Positions 17,283-26,596 of a stretch of 35,875 nucleotides of DNA are shown piece by piece. Source of the DNA: Dehalococcoidales bacterium (lineage in GTDB: Bacteria; Chloroflexota; Dehalococcoidia; Dehalococcoidales; RBG-16-60-22); contig JBHIDQ010000001.1 of NCBI GenBank assembly GCA_046760155.1, positions 1 to 35,875 of the forward strand, read 5' to 3'. Under the pieces are notes generated by a model. It had not been told where the DNA came from. It made no database searches and saw only the letters and a program-made list of their open reading frames with translations. Each line of letters starts with the position of its first letter. Position 1 is the stretch's first letter. The position numbers were made by a program, and so were the translations under genes.

Positions 17283-17432
17283 GCTACCTCCGCAAATCAA
17301 AAGCCAAGGACTTCGGCGGTTACTTCTAGACCCTTGGCCTAAGCTACTGCCGCTTCCCTACGCTCGCATTACCGAGTTCAGGTCCACAGGGTTGGCACCA
17401 TTTGCCTCTCAGCGCTTGAGCACCCCTAGCGG
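17283..17432 (-). promoter_or_regulatory. TPP (THI-box) riboswitch with terminator-like expression platform
   Basis: The minus strand at 17432-17345 reads CUAGGGGUGCUCAAGCGCUGAGAGGCAAAUGGUGCCAACCCUGUGGACCUGAACUCGGUAAUGCGAGCGUAGGGAAGCGG. It contains the conserved GGGGUGC, CUGAGA, ACCC, ACCUGA, GGUAAUGC and GCGUAGGGA blocks. Downstream, the hairpin GCCAAGG...CCUUGGC (17338-17303) is followed by UUUUGAUUU and the SD. Confidence 0.9.
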
Positions 17433-17456
17433 TTTAATTTATTAAATTCTGATTAG

Positions 17457-17485
17457 ACTATACCATAAGCCCAATTAAAATGCAA
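17457..17485 (-). promoter_or_regulatory. Candidate promoter for the riboswitch-thiC transcript
   Basis: On the minus strand: TTGCAT (17485-17480), a 17-nt spacer, then TATAGT (17462-17457). This places the transcription start about 20 nt upstream of the aptamer. Confidence 0.6.
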
Positions 17486-17501
17486 TGTGCCTGATATGAG
17501 A

Positions 17502-18326
17502 TTATATTGGCCAACCCAGCCAGTCAAAGACACCGATCATCTTAAGCCCGATGTAGAACATCAACAGACTAAAGATAAATCTGAGCTGCTTAGCGGGCAG
17601 CTTATGCGCCGTAATGGCACCAACTTGTGCGATAGCAACACTGCTTATTATCAGTAGAAACCCGAAGTACAGATTAACGTACCCGATAGAATAGGCGGGC
17701 AGGTCAGGGACACCCAGACCATTGACGATATAAGCGATGATGCCACCAACGCTTTTGAAGACAATAATCGCCAAAGAAGTGCCCACCGCGTGATGCATCT
17801 TAAACCTAAGCGCCAGCACTAATACCGGCACCGCCACCACACCACCACCAATACCGACCATTCCAGTAATAATGCCCAACGGGACTGCCCAGGCAAACCA
17901 CAGCCAAGGGTTAGTCACCGGTTCCTGCTCAAGTTGCTTCGTCCGGAAAGTAAGCATACTGATACCACTGAGCAAAACAATGACCCCAAAGGCAATCCTG
18001 AGTACTTCCCCGGGGAGACGAGTCGCCAGCGTAGCCCCGGCATAGGCAAATAACAAACCACCGAAACCCATGATAATGGCCGCTTTCCAATACACAGCGC
18101 CTTTCTGGCTATGCCGCCACGTCCCGCTGATGGAGGTAAACAGGATAACCAGCAAGTTGGTGCCAAAGGCCAGCTTTATGGCAACATCAGGCGGTATACC
18201 CATATCAATAAAGACAAAATATTGCACCGGAGCCAAAATAAAGCCGCCGCCAACACCCAAGAGACCACTGGCAAAGCCAACGACGACACCAGTTCCAAGC
18301 AGAATAATAATATGAATTATGGTCAT
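17502..18326 (-). CDS. TauE/SafE-family (sulfite/organosulfonate exporter-like) membrane permease
   Basis: 274 aa and very hydrophobic, with two related halves each carrying G-rich helices (GLLGVGGGFILAP and GMVGIGGGVVAVP). This is typical of the TauE/SafE (DUF81) family. Confidence 0.8.
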   Translation of the reverse strand: MTIIHIIILLGTGVVVGFASGLLGVGGGFILAPVQYFVFIDMGIPPDVAIKLAFGTNLLVILFTSISGTWRHSQKGAVYWKAAIIMGFGGLLFAYAGATLATRLPGEVLRIAFGVIVLLSGISMLTFRTKQLEQEPVTNPWLWFAWAVPLGIITGMVGIGGGVVAVPVLVLALRFKMHHAVGTSLAIIVFKSVGGIIAYIVNGLGVPDLPAYSIGYVNLYFGFLLIISSVAIAQVGAITAHKLPAKQLRFIFSLLMFYIGLKMIGVFDWLGWPI

Positions 18327-18443
18327 TCGATTATCTTCTTTACATCTAGCTTCAAACTCAGGAAGGCGGCAATTGAAACATATGATGGGGAAATTCTATC
18401 GGCTCGGTTGCATGATAACAATAATTGACCACAATCTACCGCT

Positions 18444-18809
18444 TTATTCAAATTCGTTCTTGGCCAAGGCAACCAGAACTGTAGACGCAATCCCGATTGG
18501 TATTGAGCTCAAAATGGCAACTATTGAACCAGCCAGTGCTAAACCCCAGTTTTTTCGCTGCACGGCATAAATTCCGCCTACCAAAGGTATGGCACTGAAA
18601 ACAGCCAAGAGAATGGCAATGATTAAAAGTAGCCCTTGAGCAATTCCAGACAACCACATTGGCATCAGATTCATGACACCACTTAAAGCTAATATGCCAC
18701 TGCCAATCGCCACCAGGATGACGACGATAAAAAGCATGCCAAGGAGGTTAACGGTACCCACGATTATGTTTAGAATTCCGGCGACGATAGGCTTCCAGGT
18801 CATTTCCAT
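18444..18809 (-). CDS. Small integral membrane protein (about 4 TM helices), function unknown
   Basis: 121-aa hydrophobic ORF with its own candidate promoter. I recognise no motif. Confidence 0.6.
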   Translation of the reverse strand: MEMTWKPIVAGILNIIVGTVNLLGMLFIVVILVAIGSGILALSGVMNLMPMWLSGIAQGLLLIIAILLAVFSAIPLVGGIYAVQRKNWGLALAGSIVAILSSIPIGIASTVLVALAKNEFE

Positions 18810-18836
18810 TTCGGTTTACCTTGTAAAAACAAGCAA

Positions 18837-18865
18837 ATTTTAACGCTCCTAATGCAAAAATGCAA
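18837..18865 (-). promoter_or_regulatory. Candidate promoter for the small membrane protein gene
   Basis: On the minus strand: TTGCAT (18865-18860), a 17-nt spacer, then TAAAAT (18842-18837). Confidence 0.5.
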
Positions 18866-18901
18866 TGATTATAGCAAAAACCTTCTTATCTGGGCTTATT
18901 C

Positions 18902-18930
18902 TTGCCTGTTCTTAACTTATCCTGTATCAT
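18902..18930 (+). promoter_or_regulatory. Candidate promoter for htpX
   Basis: TTGCCT (18902-18907), a 17-nt spacer, then TATCAT (18925-18930). SD aggagg and the ATG at 18949 follow. Confidence 0.5.
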
Positions 18931-18948
18931 ATTAAGTAGGAGGATAAT

Positions 18949-19917
18949 ATGTGGCTACAGACCAGAATGTTCCTGCTTATCGCAGTTCTCTTTGGCATCC
19001 TTTACGGTGTGATTACGGGCATCGGTACCTGGATGGGTGCCGGCAGCGCGATTACCTATATTATCATCGGTGTCGTTTTCCTTGGTTTTCAGTACCTGAT
19101 TAGTCCAGCGATAGTTGGCTGGACAATGAAAATAAAGTGGGTTTCGGAAAAAGAAGCGCCCGAGCTACACCAAATGGTGACGGAACTTGCCGAAAAGGCG
19201 CGCCTACCTAAACCCCGCGTCGGTATCTCCCAGCTATCGATACCAAACGCCTTCGCCTTCGGACGAACACGGCGGGATGGTCGAGTTTGTGTTACCCAGG
19301 GTATAATGAGACTGCTGAGCCGAGATGAACTGAAGGCAGTGCTGGGGCATGAGCTGTCCCACATCAAACACCGCGACATGATGGTTATCACCTTAATCTC
19401 GGTTATCCCGCTGATAATGTACTGGATAGCTTTCAGCATGATGTTCAGAGGGGCTTTTGGTGGCAGCCGACAGGGGGGAGGTGGTTATGCGGCGCTCATC
19501 GGATTCGGTGCTTTCATCCTCTATTTCATCACCAATCTCCTGGTGCTTTACGGTTCCAGAATACGAGAGTATTATGCTGACCTGGGTAGTGTTCGGTTAG
19601 GTAGTATGCCACATCATCTGGCGACGGCGCTGTATAAGCTGGTCTATGGAAATGCCCGTATGCGCAACAGTGAGGAAATGAGAAAGGTGGAAGGGGTTAA
19701 AGCTTTCTTCGTTAACGACCCTTCCCGGGCCTGGAACGAGATTAGAGAGTTATCCCAGATTGACCGGGACATGAGTGGCACCATCGACTATGACGAACTG
19801 ATGGAACTGCGACAGAAAGAAGTGCGACTGGGTACTTCTCATAAGTTAATGGAGCTTTTTACCACCCACCCCAACATGCTGAAAAGGATAAAGCACCTGT
19901 CCACGCTTGCCGTTTGA
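18949..19917 (+). CDS. htpX: M48-family membrane zinc metalloprotease HtpX
   Basis: 322 aa. N-terminal TM helices and the zinc motif GHELSHIKHRD, then further TM helices and a conserved C-terminal THPN...RI segment. Confidence 0.9.
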   Translation: MWLQTRMFLLIAVLFGILYGVITGIGTWMGAGSAITYIIIGVVFLGFQYLISPAIVGWTMKIKWVSEKEAPELHQMVTELAEKARLPKPRVGISQLSIPNAFAFGRTRRDGRVCVTQGIMRLLSRDELKAVLGHELSHIKHRDMMVITLISVIPLIMYWIAFSMMFRGAFGGSRQGGGGYAALIGFGAFILYFITNLLVLYGSRIREYYADLGSVRLGSMPHHLATALYKLVYGNARMRNSEEMRKVEGVKAFFVNDPSRAWNEIRELSQIDRDMSGTIDYDELMELRQKEVRLGTSHKLMELFTTHPNMLKRIKHLSTLAV

Positions 19918-19953
19918 TACTCAGACCAGCCAATTTGCCAAGGTCGTCCTTTC

Positions 19954-19982
19954 TTGACTTTTCATCAAGCATAAGATAAACT
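19954..19982 (+). promoter_or_regulatory. Candidate promoter of the Wood-Ljungdahl operon
   Basis: TTGACT (19954-19959), a 17-nt spacer, then TAAACT (19977-19982). The predicted start near 19989 argues against the TTG-19989 extension in the ORF track. Confidence 0.6.
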
Positions 19983-20075
19983 TTACCCTTGGGCGACCGA
20001 CCGAGGCCAGCTGCTAATAAGTCTGAGAACTTTCCCAAAAAGTCTCAGTTTTATTATGTCAAAAGCAAGACTTTG

Positions 20076-20849
20076 ATGAAGATTGCGATTAGTGGTAAAG
20101 GTGGCGTAGGTAAGACTTTATTAGCATCGCTCCTCATCCAAGCATTTGCTGAGTCTGGCTACTCTGTCTTAGCCATCGATGCTGACCCCGATGCTAATCT
20201 AGCCGCCACCCTTGGTTTTCCCCACCCCGAGAAGATAGTCCCCATTTCGGAGATGAAAGACCTCATCGCCGAAAGGACGGAAACGCAGCCGGGACAGACC
20301 GGTAGCTACTTTAAGTTGAATCCAAAAGTTGATGACCTGCCGGAAAAATATTGGCAGCAACTTGACGGCATCAAGCTAATGGTCATGGGGCGAATCAAAC
20401 GAGGCGGCAGTGGTTGTTACTGCCCGGAAAATGCCTTATTAAAAGCCCTGGTCAATCATCTGCTCCTGGCCAGAAATGAACTAATCATCATTGATATGGA
20501 GGCGGGAATAGAGCACCTGGGACGGGCCACCGCCAGCGCTGTCGACAAGCTGATTGTGGTCGTGGAACCAGGCCGGCGCAGCCTGGAAACCGCCCATACC
20601 ATCAATGGACTGGCCAAGGACATCGGGTTACCGAATATTGCCGTGGTGGGCAACAAAGTCCGCAACCAAGCAGACCGAGAATTCTTGATTTCCAGTCTAC
20701 CCGGCTTTGAATTCCTCGGCTTTATCCCTTACGACCAGGCTGTAGTCGATGCTGACCTGGCTAATCTTCCCCTGCTTGATGCCAGCCCACAGGTTACCAA
20801 TGCGGTGAAAAATATCTATCAGAAGTTGATGCCGGTTACTCCGAAATAG
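20076..20849 (+). CDS. cooC: CooC/AcsF-family nickel-insertion ATPase (CODH/ACS maturation), copy 1
   Basis: The start is trimmed to ATG 20076, so the protein begins MKIAISGKGGVGKT (deviant Walker A at the extreme N-terminus, as in CooC). The metal-binding CxC motif is GGSGCYCPEN. Confidence 0.85.
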   Translation: MKIAISGKGGVGKTLLASLLIQAFAESGYSVLAIDADPDANLAATLGFPHPEKIVPISEMKDLIAERTETQPGQTGSYFKLNPKVDDLPEKYWQQLDGIKLMVMGRIKRGGSGCYCPENALLKALVNHLLLARNELIIIDMEAGIEHLGRATASAVDKLIVVVEPGRRSLETAHTINGLAKDIGLPNIAVVGNKVRNQADREFLISSLPGFEFLGFIPYDQAVVDADLANLPLLDASPQVTNAVKNIYQKLMPVTPK

Positions 20850-20894
20850 CTCTCAACAAAATTAACAACAAAATAAAAACAATAGGAGGTTTCC

Positions 20895-22658
20895 GTGGCT
20901 TACGATGCAACCAAAATGAAGGACTGGCAAATTGCCGAAGCTGCTGAGGCGAACATGCCAACTCCGGAAGAATGGCGGGAGAGGCTAAACCTGGAGAAGG
21001 ACGAAATTCTTCCCTACGGGAGAATTGCCAAGCTGGATTTCATGAAGATTATCGAGCGCCTCAAGGATAAACCAGACGGTAAATACATTGAGGTTACCGC
21101 CATCACCCCCACCCCCCTGGGTGAGGGGAAAAGTACCACCACCTGTGGACTTATCGAGGGTATGGGCAAGCGGGGCTGGAACGTTGGGGGCTGCATCCGC
21201 CAGCCCTCGGGTGGCCCAACGATGAACATCAAGGGAACCGCCGCCGGTGGCGGTAATGCACTGCTTATCCCGCTCACCGAGTTCTCCATGGGTCTCACCG
21301 GTGACATCAATGATATCACCAATGCCCATAACCTGGCGATGGTCGCCCTTACTTCCCGAATGCAGCACGAGCGTAACTACAATGATGAACAACTGGACCG
21401 GCTCACCAAGATGCGCCGCCTGGACATTGACCCCACCAGAATCGAGATGGGCTGGGTCATGGACTTTTGTGCGCAAACTCTCCGTAATATCATCATCGGT
21501 CTTGGCGGCCGTATGGACGGTTTTATGATGCAGTCCAAGTTCGGTATCACCGTCAGCTCAGAGCTTATGGCTATTTTGTCTATCGTCAGAGACCTAGCCG
21601 ACCTGCGGGAAAGGCTGGATAACATTACGGTGGCATTTGATAAGAGGGGTAACCCCGTTACCACCGGTGATTTAGAGGTGGGCGGTGCTATGACCGCCTG
21701 GATGCGCAACACCATTAACCCCACCCTATGCTCCACGGTGGAGTACCAGCCACTAATGGTGCATGCTGGACCATTTGCCAACATTGCCGTGGGGCAGTCA
21801 TCAATCATCGGCGACCGCGTCGGGCTGAAGCTGTTTGATTATCACGTCACTGAGAGTGGCTTTGGTGCCGATATTGGCTTTGAGAAGTTCTGGAATGTTA
21901 AGTGCCGCTTGAGTGGTCTCAAGCCGCATGTGTCAGTGCTCACCACCACTATCCGGGCACTAAAGATGCATGGCGGCGGACCTAAGGTAGTAGCCGGTAT
22001 AGCCCTACCAGATTCTTACACCAAAGAAGACCTGGGACTCCTGGAGAAGGGCCTGCCAAACGTGTTGCACCACATCAACATCATCAAAACGTCCGGTATA
22101 AAGCCGGTGGTGTGCCTCAATCGCTTTGCTACTGACACTGATGCTGAGATTGCCATGGTGCGGAAGGCAGTCGAGGCAGCCGGGGCACGCTGTGCGGTAG
22201 CTACCCACTGGGCTGATGGCGGCGACGGCGCTTTAGAACTAGCCGATGTGGTCAAGGAAGCCTGTGGAGAGGTGAACGACTTCAAATACCTTTATCCCAT
22301 GGAAATGAAACTACGAGATAGGGTGGAAAAGATCGCCAAAACGGTTTACGGGGCGGATGGCGTGTCCTGGACTCCGGACGCTGAGACCAAGGCCAAGACG
22401 TTTGAGTCCGATGGTAAATATGATGAATACGCCACCATGATGGTAAAGACCCACCTGAGCCTTACCCATGACCCATCGATAAAGGGAGTGCCCAAGGGCT
22501 GGAGCCTGCCCATCCGCGACGTGCTGATTTATTCCGGAGCCAAATTCCTCTGCCCCTGCGCCGGAGCTATTAGCCTGATGCCGGGCACCAGCTCTGACCC
22601 TGCCTTCAGAAAGGTAGACGTTGACATCAAGACCGGTAAAGTACAGGGGATCTTTTAG
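20895..22658 (+). CDS. fhs: Formate--tetrahydrofolate ligase
   Basis: 587 aa with a GTG start and SD aggagg upstream. Signature [17 protein letters not shown], with FTHFS-like sequence throughout. Confidence 0.95.
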   Translation: MAYDATKMKDWQIAEAAEANMPTPEEWRERLNLEKDEILPYGRIAKLDFMKIIERLKDKPDGKYIEVTAITPTPLGEGKSTTTCGLIEGMGKRGWNVGGCIRQPSGGPTMNIKGTAAGGGNALLIPLTEFSMGLTGDINDITNAHNLAMVALTSRMQHERNYNDEQLDRLTKMRRLDIDPTRIEMGWVMDFCAQTLRNIIIGLGGRMDGFMMQSKFGITVSSELMAILSIVRDLADLRERLDNITVAFDKRGNPVTTGDLEVGGAMTAWMRNTINPTLCSTVEYQPLMVHAGPFANIAVGQSSIIGDRVGLKLFDYHVTESGFGADIGFEKFWNVKCRLSGLKPHVSVLTTTIRALKMHGGGPKVVAGIALPDSYTKEDLGLLEKGLPNVLHHINIIKTSGIKPVVCLNRFATDTDAEIAMVRKAVEAAGARCAVATHWADGGDGALELADVVKEACGEVNDFKYLYPMEMKLRDRVEKIAKTVYGADGVSWTPDAETKAKTFESDGKYDEYATMMVKTHLSLTHDPSIKGVPKGWSLPIRDVLIYSGAKFLCPCAGAISLMPGTSSDPAFRKVDVDIKTGKVQGIF

Positions 22659-22694
22659 TAGTGCTTTGTTTAAATTTAGAATTTAGGAAGGTAG

Positions 22695-24668
22695 ATGGCG
22701 AAAACAGCGCTAGATAAAAAAGTAAAGGTTCACTTCAATCCCGATAATGTTGATATTGTCGTGGAGCAGGGGGAGAACCTTTTGCAAGCTGCCATTGCCG
22801 CCGGAGTACGCATCTATGCTTCCTGTGGAGGTGCCGGCACCTGCGGCACCTGTAAAGTCTCGATTGAAAAGGGGGAAGTAGAAACCACCAGAACCGAGAA
22901 GCTCTCTGATGAGGAGTACCAGCAGGGAATAAGACAAGCCTGCCAAAGCCGGGTGGTTACTGATTTAACCGTTTATGTTCCGGTGGAGTCAAGGCTGGAG
23001 AAAGCGGTTCTCTCCCGCGAACAGAAGAGAGTATCGGAAGTCGTGGCCACCGGCTGGAGATTTACCCCGCCCTTAGGCAAGTTTTTTGTGGAACTGCCGC
23101 CGCCCACCCTAGAGGATAATGCCAGTGACCTGTCCCGGCTGCTGCGAGGTTTAAGGCAGCGCTATCACCTGAGCAACCTTTCCGTAGACTTCGAAGTAGT
23201 GAAGAAACTGGCTAAGGTTTTACGAGATAGCGATTGGAGAGTCACCGTTACCACTCTCGTCACGGCGGTTAAATCCAGAGCCGGAGACAGGCGCCGGCCG
23301 AGAGTGATCAATATTGAACCGGGAGATACCAGAGAAAAGCACTACTCGCTAGCCTTCGACATCGGCACCACCACGGTCTGCGGGCAGTTGCTCGATTTGA
23401 ATCGAGGTAGGGTTATTGCCGAAAGCATCGCCTACAACGGACAAATAAGCTATGGGGAAGATGTTATTACTCGTATCGCCTACTGCCAGAGACCGAGGGG
23501 ACTGAAAAAATTGCAGCAGGCAGTCGTTACCACCATCAATGAAATTATCGAGGAACTACTAAGCCAAAGTAAGGTAGCCATAGAACATATCGGTCATATG
23601 ATGGTTGCCGGTAATACCACGATGACCCAAATCCTTCTCGGTCTGGAGCCAAAATACATCCGGTTAGCCCCCTATACCCCGGTAGCCAATTTCTTCCCTC
23701 CGGTGGAAGCCAATTCACTGGGGATTAAGGTCAATAGTCACGCTTATCTTTTCACCTTCCCGGCGGTAGCGAGTTACGTTGGTGGTGATATTGTCTCCGG
23801 GGTGGTGGGTGCTGGAGTGCACCAGAGAAAAAACCTGACCTTCTTTATGGACATCGGCACCAACGGGGAGATAGTCATCGGGAACTCAGACTGGATGGCA
23901 ACTGCTTCCTGCTCAGCCGGTCCGGCTTTTGAAGGCGGGGGGATAAAGCACGGCATCGTCGCCACTGAGGGCGCCATTGAAGATTTTAATATCAACCCCT
24001 CAAACCTGGAGCCGAAGATTGGTACTATCGGGGGGAAAAAACCAAAAGGCATCTGTGGTTCAGGTCTGATTAACATCGTTGCCGGGCTACTTGAAGCCGG
24101 GGTAATTGGTCAAAATGGCAAATTTAATCGTAATCTACCTACCAAAAGGGTCAGGCAGGGCAACGATGGTTATGAGTATGTCCTTTCCTGGGCGCGAGAA
24201 ACCCAGATTGGTAAGGACATTGTTATCACTGAAGTAGATATTGATAACCTGATGCGCGCCAAGGCAGCGATGTATGCTGGCTGCCAAACGCTGAGTAAAA
24301 GCGTGGGGTTAGGTGGCTGTGATTATGAACAGGTGATTATTGCTGGCGCCTTCGGCAGTAACCTTGATATTGAAAGGTCAATCACCATTGGACTGCTGCC
24401 TGACCTGCCCGTGGACCGGTTTATCTTCATTGGTAACGGCTCGCTTCTCGGAGCCAGATTAACCTCTTTCTCCACCGACCTCCTTGATGATGCCCGCAGA
24501 GTCGCCCAGATGATGACCAATTTCGAATTGAGTGAAAACGTCGACTTCATGAATAATTATGTGGCGGCGCTATTCTTACCCCACACTCACGCCAGGGAGT
24601 TTCCTACGGTGAGTAAAAGGCTAGCCAAGCTGGCAAATGACGATTCTAAGCAGAGGATAACCGCTTGA
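22695..24668 (+). CDS. acsV: Reductive activator of the corrinoid/Fe-S protein (RACo / AcsV type): 2Fe-2S ferredoxin domain plus ASKHA ATPase
   Basis: 657 aa. N-terminal plant-type ferredoxin motif CGGAGTCGTCKV...C, a central and C-terminal ASKHA-like ATPase (FDIGTTTV, MDIGTNGE), and a position inside the acs cluster. Confidence 0.85.
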   Translation: MAKTALDKKVKVHFNPDNVDIVVEQGENLLQAAIAAGVRIYASCGGAGTCGTCKVSIEKGEVETTRTEKLSDEEYQQGIRQACQSRVVTDLTVYVPVESRLEKAVLSREQKRVSEVVATGWRFTPPLGKFFVELPPPTLEDNASDLSRLLRGLRQRYHLSNLSVDFEVVKKLAKVLRDSDWRVTVTTLVTAVKSRAGDRRRPRVINIEPGDTREKHYSLAFDIGTTTVCGQLLDLNRGRVIAESIAYNGQISYGEDVITRIAYCQRPRGLKKLQQAVVTTINEIIEELLSQSKVAIEHIGHMMVAGNTTMTQILLGLEPKYIRLAPYTPVANFFPPVEANSLGIKVNSHAYLFTFPAVASYVGGDIVSGVVGAGVHQRKNLTFFMDIGTNGEIVIGNSDWMATASCSAGPAFEGGGIKHGIVATEGAIEDFNINPSNLEPKIGTIGGKKPKGICGSGLINIVAGLLEAGVIGQNGKFNRNLPTKRVRQGNDGYEYVLSWARETQIGKDIVITEVDIDNLMRAKAAMYAGCQTLSKSVGLGGCDYEQVIIAGAFGSNLDIERSITIGLLPDLPVDRFIFIGNGSLLGARLTSFSTDLLDDARRVAQMMTNFELSENVDFMNNYVAALFLPHTHAREFPTVSKRLAKLANDDSKQRITA

Positions 24669-25447
24669 GTATCAATATTGCCGTCGCCGGAAAAGGTGGT
24701 AGTGGTAAGACCACGGTGGCCAGCCTAGTCATCCGCTACTTGATGAGAAATGGCTTGAGGCCAATTCTGGCCGTTGATGCTGACCCCAATGCTAACCTAG
24801 GTGAGAGCCTGGGGCTCGGTGTCAGACAGACGGTTGGTTCTATCATTGCCACCTTTAACGAGGAGAAAATAAATATTCCTCCCGGAATGACCAAGGAGGC
24901 CTACCTGGAATTTAAATTAAATGATGCCATGGTGGAAAGCAAAGAACTTGACCTGGTAACCATGGGCCGGGGGGAGGGGCCCGACTGTTATTGCTACCCT
25001 AACCTGATGCTGCGGAAATTCATGGACAGTCTCAGCGGAAACTATGCCTATATGGTCATGGATAACGAGGCTGGGATGGAGCATCTGAGTCGAAGAACCA
25101 CCCAGAATATCGACGAGTTACTCCTGATTTCCAACCATTCGGTGAAAGGTATCCGCACCATTGCCCGCCTGAGAGAGTTAGTAAATGAACTCAAACTGGT
25201 GGTGAAAAGACAATCAGTAATCATTAATTTCGTTCCCGAAGGGGGAATAGACCCGGTCATCAGTGAAGAACTGACCAAATTGGGTATTGAGTCCGCCACC
25301 ACTATTCCCTTAGATGAAGCCATCAGCGAATATGACCTCAAATTAAAGCCACTGCTTGACCTGCCCGACTCCAAAGCGGCGAGGGCAATTGACCATTTGA
25401 TGACCGAACTTCTCAAGACGGAGAAGAGTTACACCACCAAAACTTAA
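24665..25447 (+). CDS. cooC: CooC/AcsF-family nickel-insertion ATPase, copy 2
   Basis: 260 aa. The TTG start overlaps the acsV stop (TTGA). Motifs: INIAVAGKGGSGKT Walker A and the GEGPDCYCYPN CxC motif. Confidence 0.85.
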   Translation: MSINIAVAGKGGSGKTTVASLVIRYLMRNGLRPILAVDADPNANLGESLGLGVRQTVGSIIATFNEEKINIPPGMTKEAYLEFKLNDAMVESKELDLVTMGRGEGPDCYCYPNLMLRKFMDSLSGNYAYMVMDNEAGMEHLSRRTTQNIDELLLISNHSVKGIRTIARLRELVNELKLVVKRQSVIINFVPEGGIDPVISEELTKLGIESATTIPLDEAISEYDLKLKPLLDLPDSKAARAIDHLMTELLKTEKSYTTKT

Positions 25448-25463
25448 TTAGAAGGGGCGAAAA

Positions 25464-26351
25464 ATGACGGCACAAATTATCAGCGGCACGGAAATTGCCA
25501 AGCAGATTCGTGAGGAGCTAAAAGAGGAGATTGCGGAACTGAAAGCAAAACATAATTTGGTACCGGGTCTGGTTACTGTCCTCGTCGGTGAGGACCCAGC
25601 TTCCCAGGTCTACGTTGGGCAAAAGGAGAAGACGTCCATTGCCCTGGGTATCTATTCAGAAAGGCACGACCTGCCCGCAGAGACCACTCAGGAAGAACTG
25701 ATGGCGCTAATTGGCAAGCTGAATAAGGACCCCAAAATTCACGGCATTCTGGTGCAACTACCTCTGCCCAAACACCTCAACGAGACCGAGGTTCTCTATG
25801 CCATCGACCCGAGAAAGGATGTTGATGGCTTTCACCCGGTGAACGTGGGCAAATTGATGATCGGGGAGCCCGATTATTTACCCTGCACTCCCCACGGCAT
25901 CCAGCAACTTTTAATCAGGTCTGGGGTTAAGATTGCCGGGGCGGAGGTGGTGGTTCTGGGCCGGAGCAACATCGTGGGCAAGCCGATTGCCAATATTCTG
26001 CTGCAAAAGAAAGAGGGGGCCAATGCTACGGTCACGGTGTGCCATACCGGAACGCGCGATATTTCCCTTCATACCAAGCAAGCTGATATAATAATAGTAG
26101 CGGCTGGTAAACCAAAAGCATTAACTGCCGATATGGTCAAGGAAGGGGTGGTGGTGGTTGATGTCGGGGTCAATCGGGTCGGCAAAACCCCTGAAGGAAA
26201 AGACATTTTGGTTGGCGATGTTGATTTTGATGCCGTCAAAGAGAAGGCCAGCGCGATTACCCCGGTGCCCGGTGGCGTGGGGCCGATGACCATAACCATG
26301 CTGATGCTGAATACGGTAAGGGCCGCCAAACTGGCCGCTGGCCTGGCTTAA
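25464..26351 (+). CDS. folD: Bifunctional methylene-THF dehydrogenase / methenyl-THF cyclohydrolase
   Basis: 295 aa. Motifs: VGEDPASQVYV, GILVQLPLP, DVDGFHP, VVLGRSNIVGKP, PGGVGPMT. Confidence 0.95.
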   Translation: MTAQIISGTEIAKQIREELKEEIAELKAKHNLVPGLVTVLVGEDPASQVYVGQKEKTSIALGIYSERHDLPAETTQEELMALIGKLNKDPKIHGILVQLPLPKHLNETEVLYAIDPRKDVDGFHPVNVGKLMIGEPDYLPCTPHGIQQLLIRSGVKIAGAEVVVLGRSNIVGKPIANILLQKKEGANATVTVCHTGTRDISLHTKQADIIIVAAGKPKALTADMVKEGVVVVDVGVNRVGKTPEGKDILVGDVDFDAVKEKASAITPVPGGVGPMTITMLMLNTVRAAKLAAGLA

Positions 26352-26363
26352 AAGGAGGAAAAG

Positions 26364-26582
26364 ATGGCAAAGAAAAGCCCAAAAAAGAGCCCTCCAGAGA
26401 AAGCTAAAGTGGAAGTATTGGGTGAAACCTACGAGAAGGGTAAGCCCGAGGGTGAGGAGATGGGTAGATGGCGACAGAAACTCAGCAGTAGAGAAGAAAA
26501 GCTGAAATACCTGCGAACTGCCGAGAGATACTGGTACGGAAAAGACTGGTTTGGCAGTGAAAGAAGGAAGACGCCCGCCTAA
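26364..26582 (+). CDS. Small (72 aa) highly charged Lys/Arg/Glu-rich protein, function unknown
   Basis: SD aaaggagg 5-6 nt upstream. It starts 12 nt after folD and ends 14 nt before acsD. It has 13 Lys, 7 Arg, 11 Glu and an aromatic C-terminal part (RYWYGKDWFG). I recognise no family. Confidence 0.55.
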   Translation: MAKKSPKKSPPEKAKVEVLGETYEKGKPEGEEMGRWRQKLSSREEKLKYLRTAERYWYGKDWFGSERRKTPA

Positions 26583-26596
26583 GCAAAGGAGGCAAA

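Noticed and set aside
17477-18867. An identical 11-mer, aaaatgcaatg, at 17477-17487 and 18857-18867, considered as a possible shared operator.
   Set aside because: In both places it is simply the TTGCAT -35 hexamer plus an A/T-rich flank of a minus-strand promoter. Two copies are not enough to claim a regulon motif.
18810-18948. The strand switch from about 11 kb of minus-strand genes to about 17 kb of plus-strand genes, considered as a possible replication origin.
   Set aside because: The spacer is only 139 bp, has no dnaA or dnaN nearby, and contains only degenerate DnaA-box-like strings (for example ttatcctgt). Two ordinary divergent promoters explain it.
19989-20075. N-terminal 29-codon extension of cooC in the ORF track (TTG start at 19989).
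   Set aside because: CooC-type proteins begin directly with the Walker A strand (MKIAISGKGGVGKT). The extension also starts within a few nt of the predicted -10 box (19977-19982), so it would lie at or before the transcription start.
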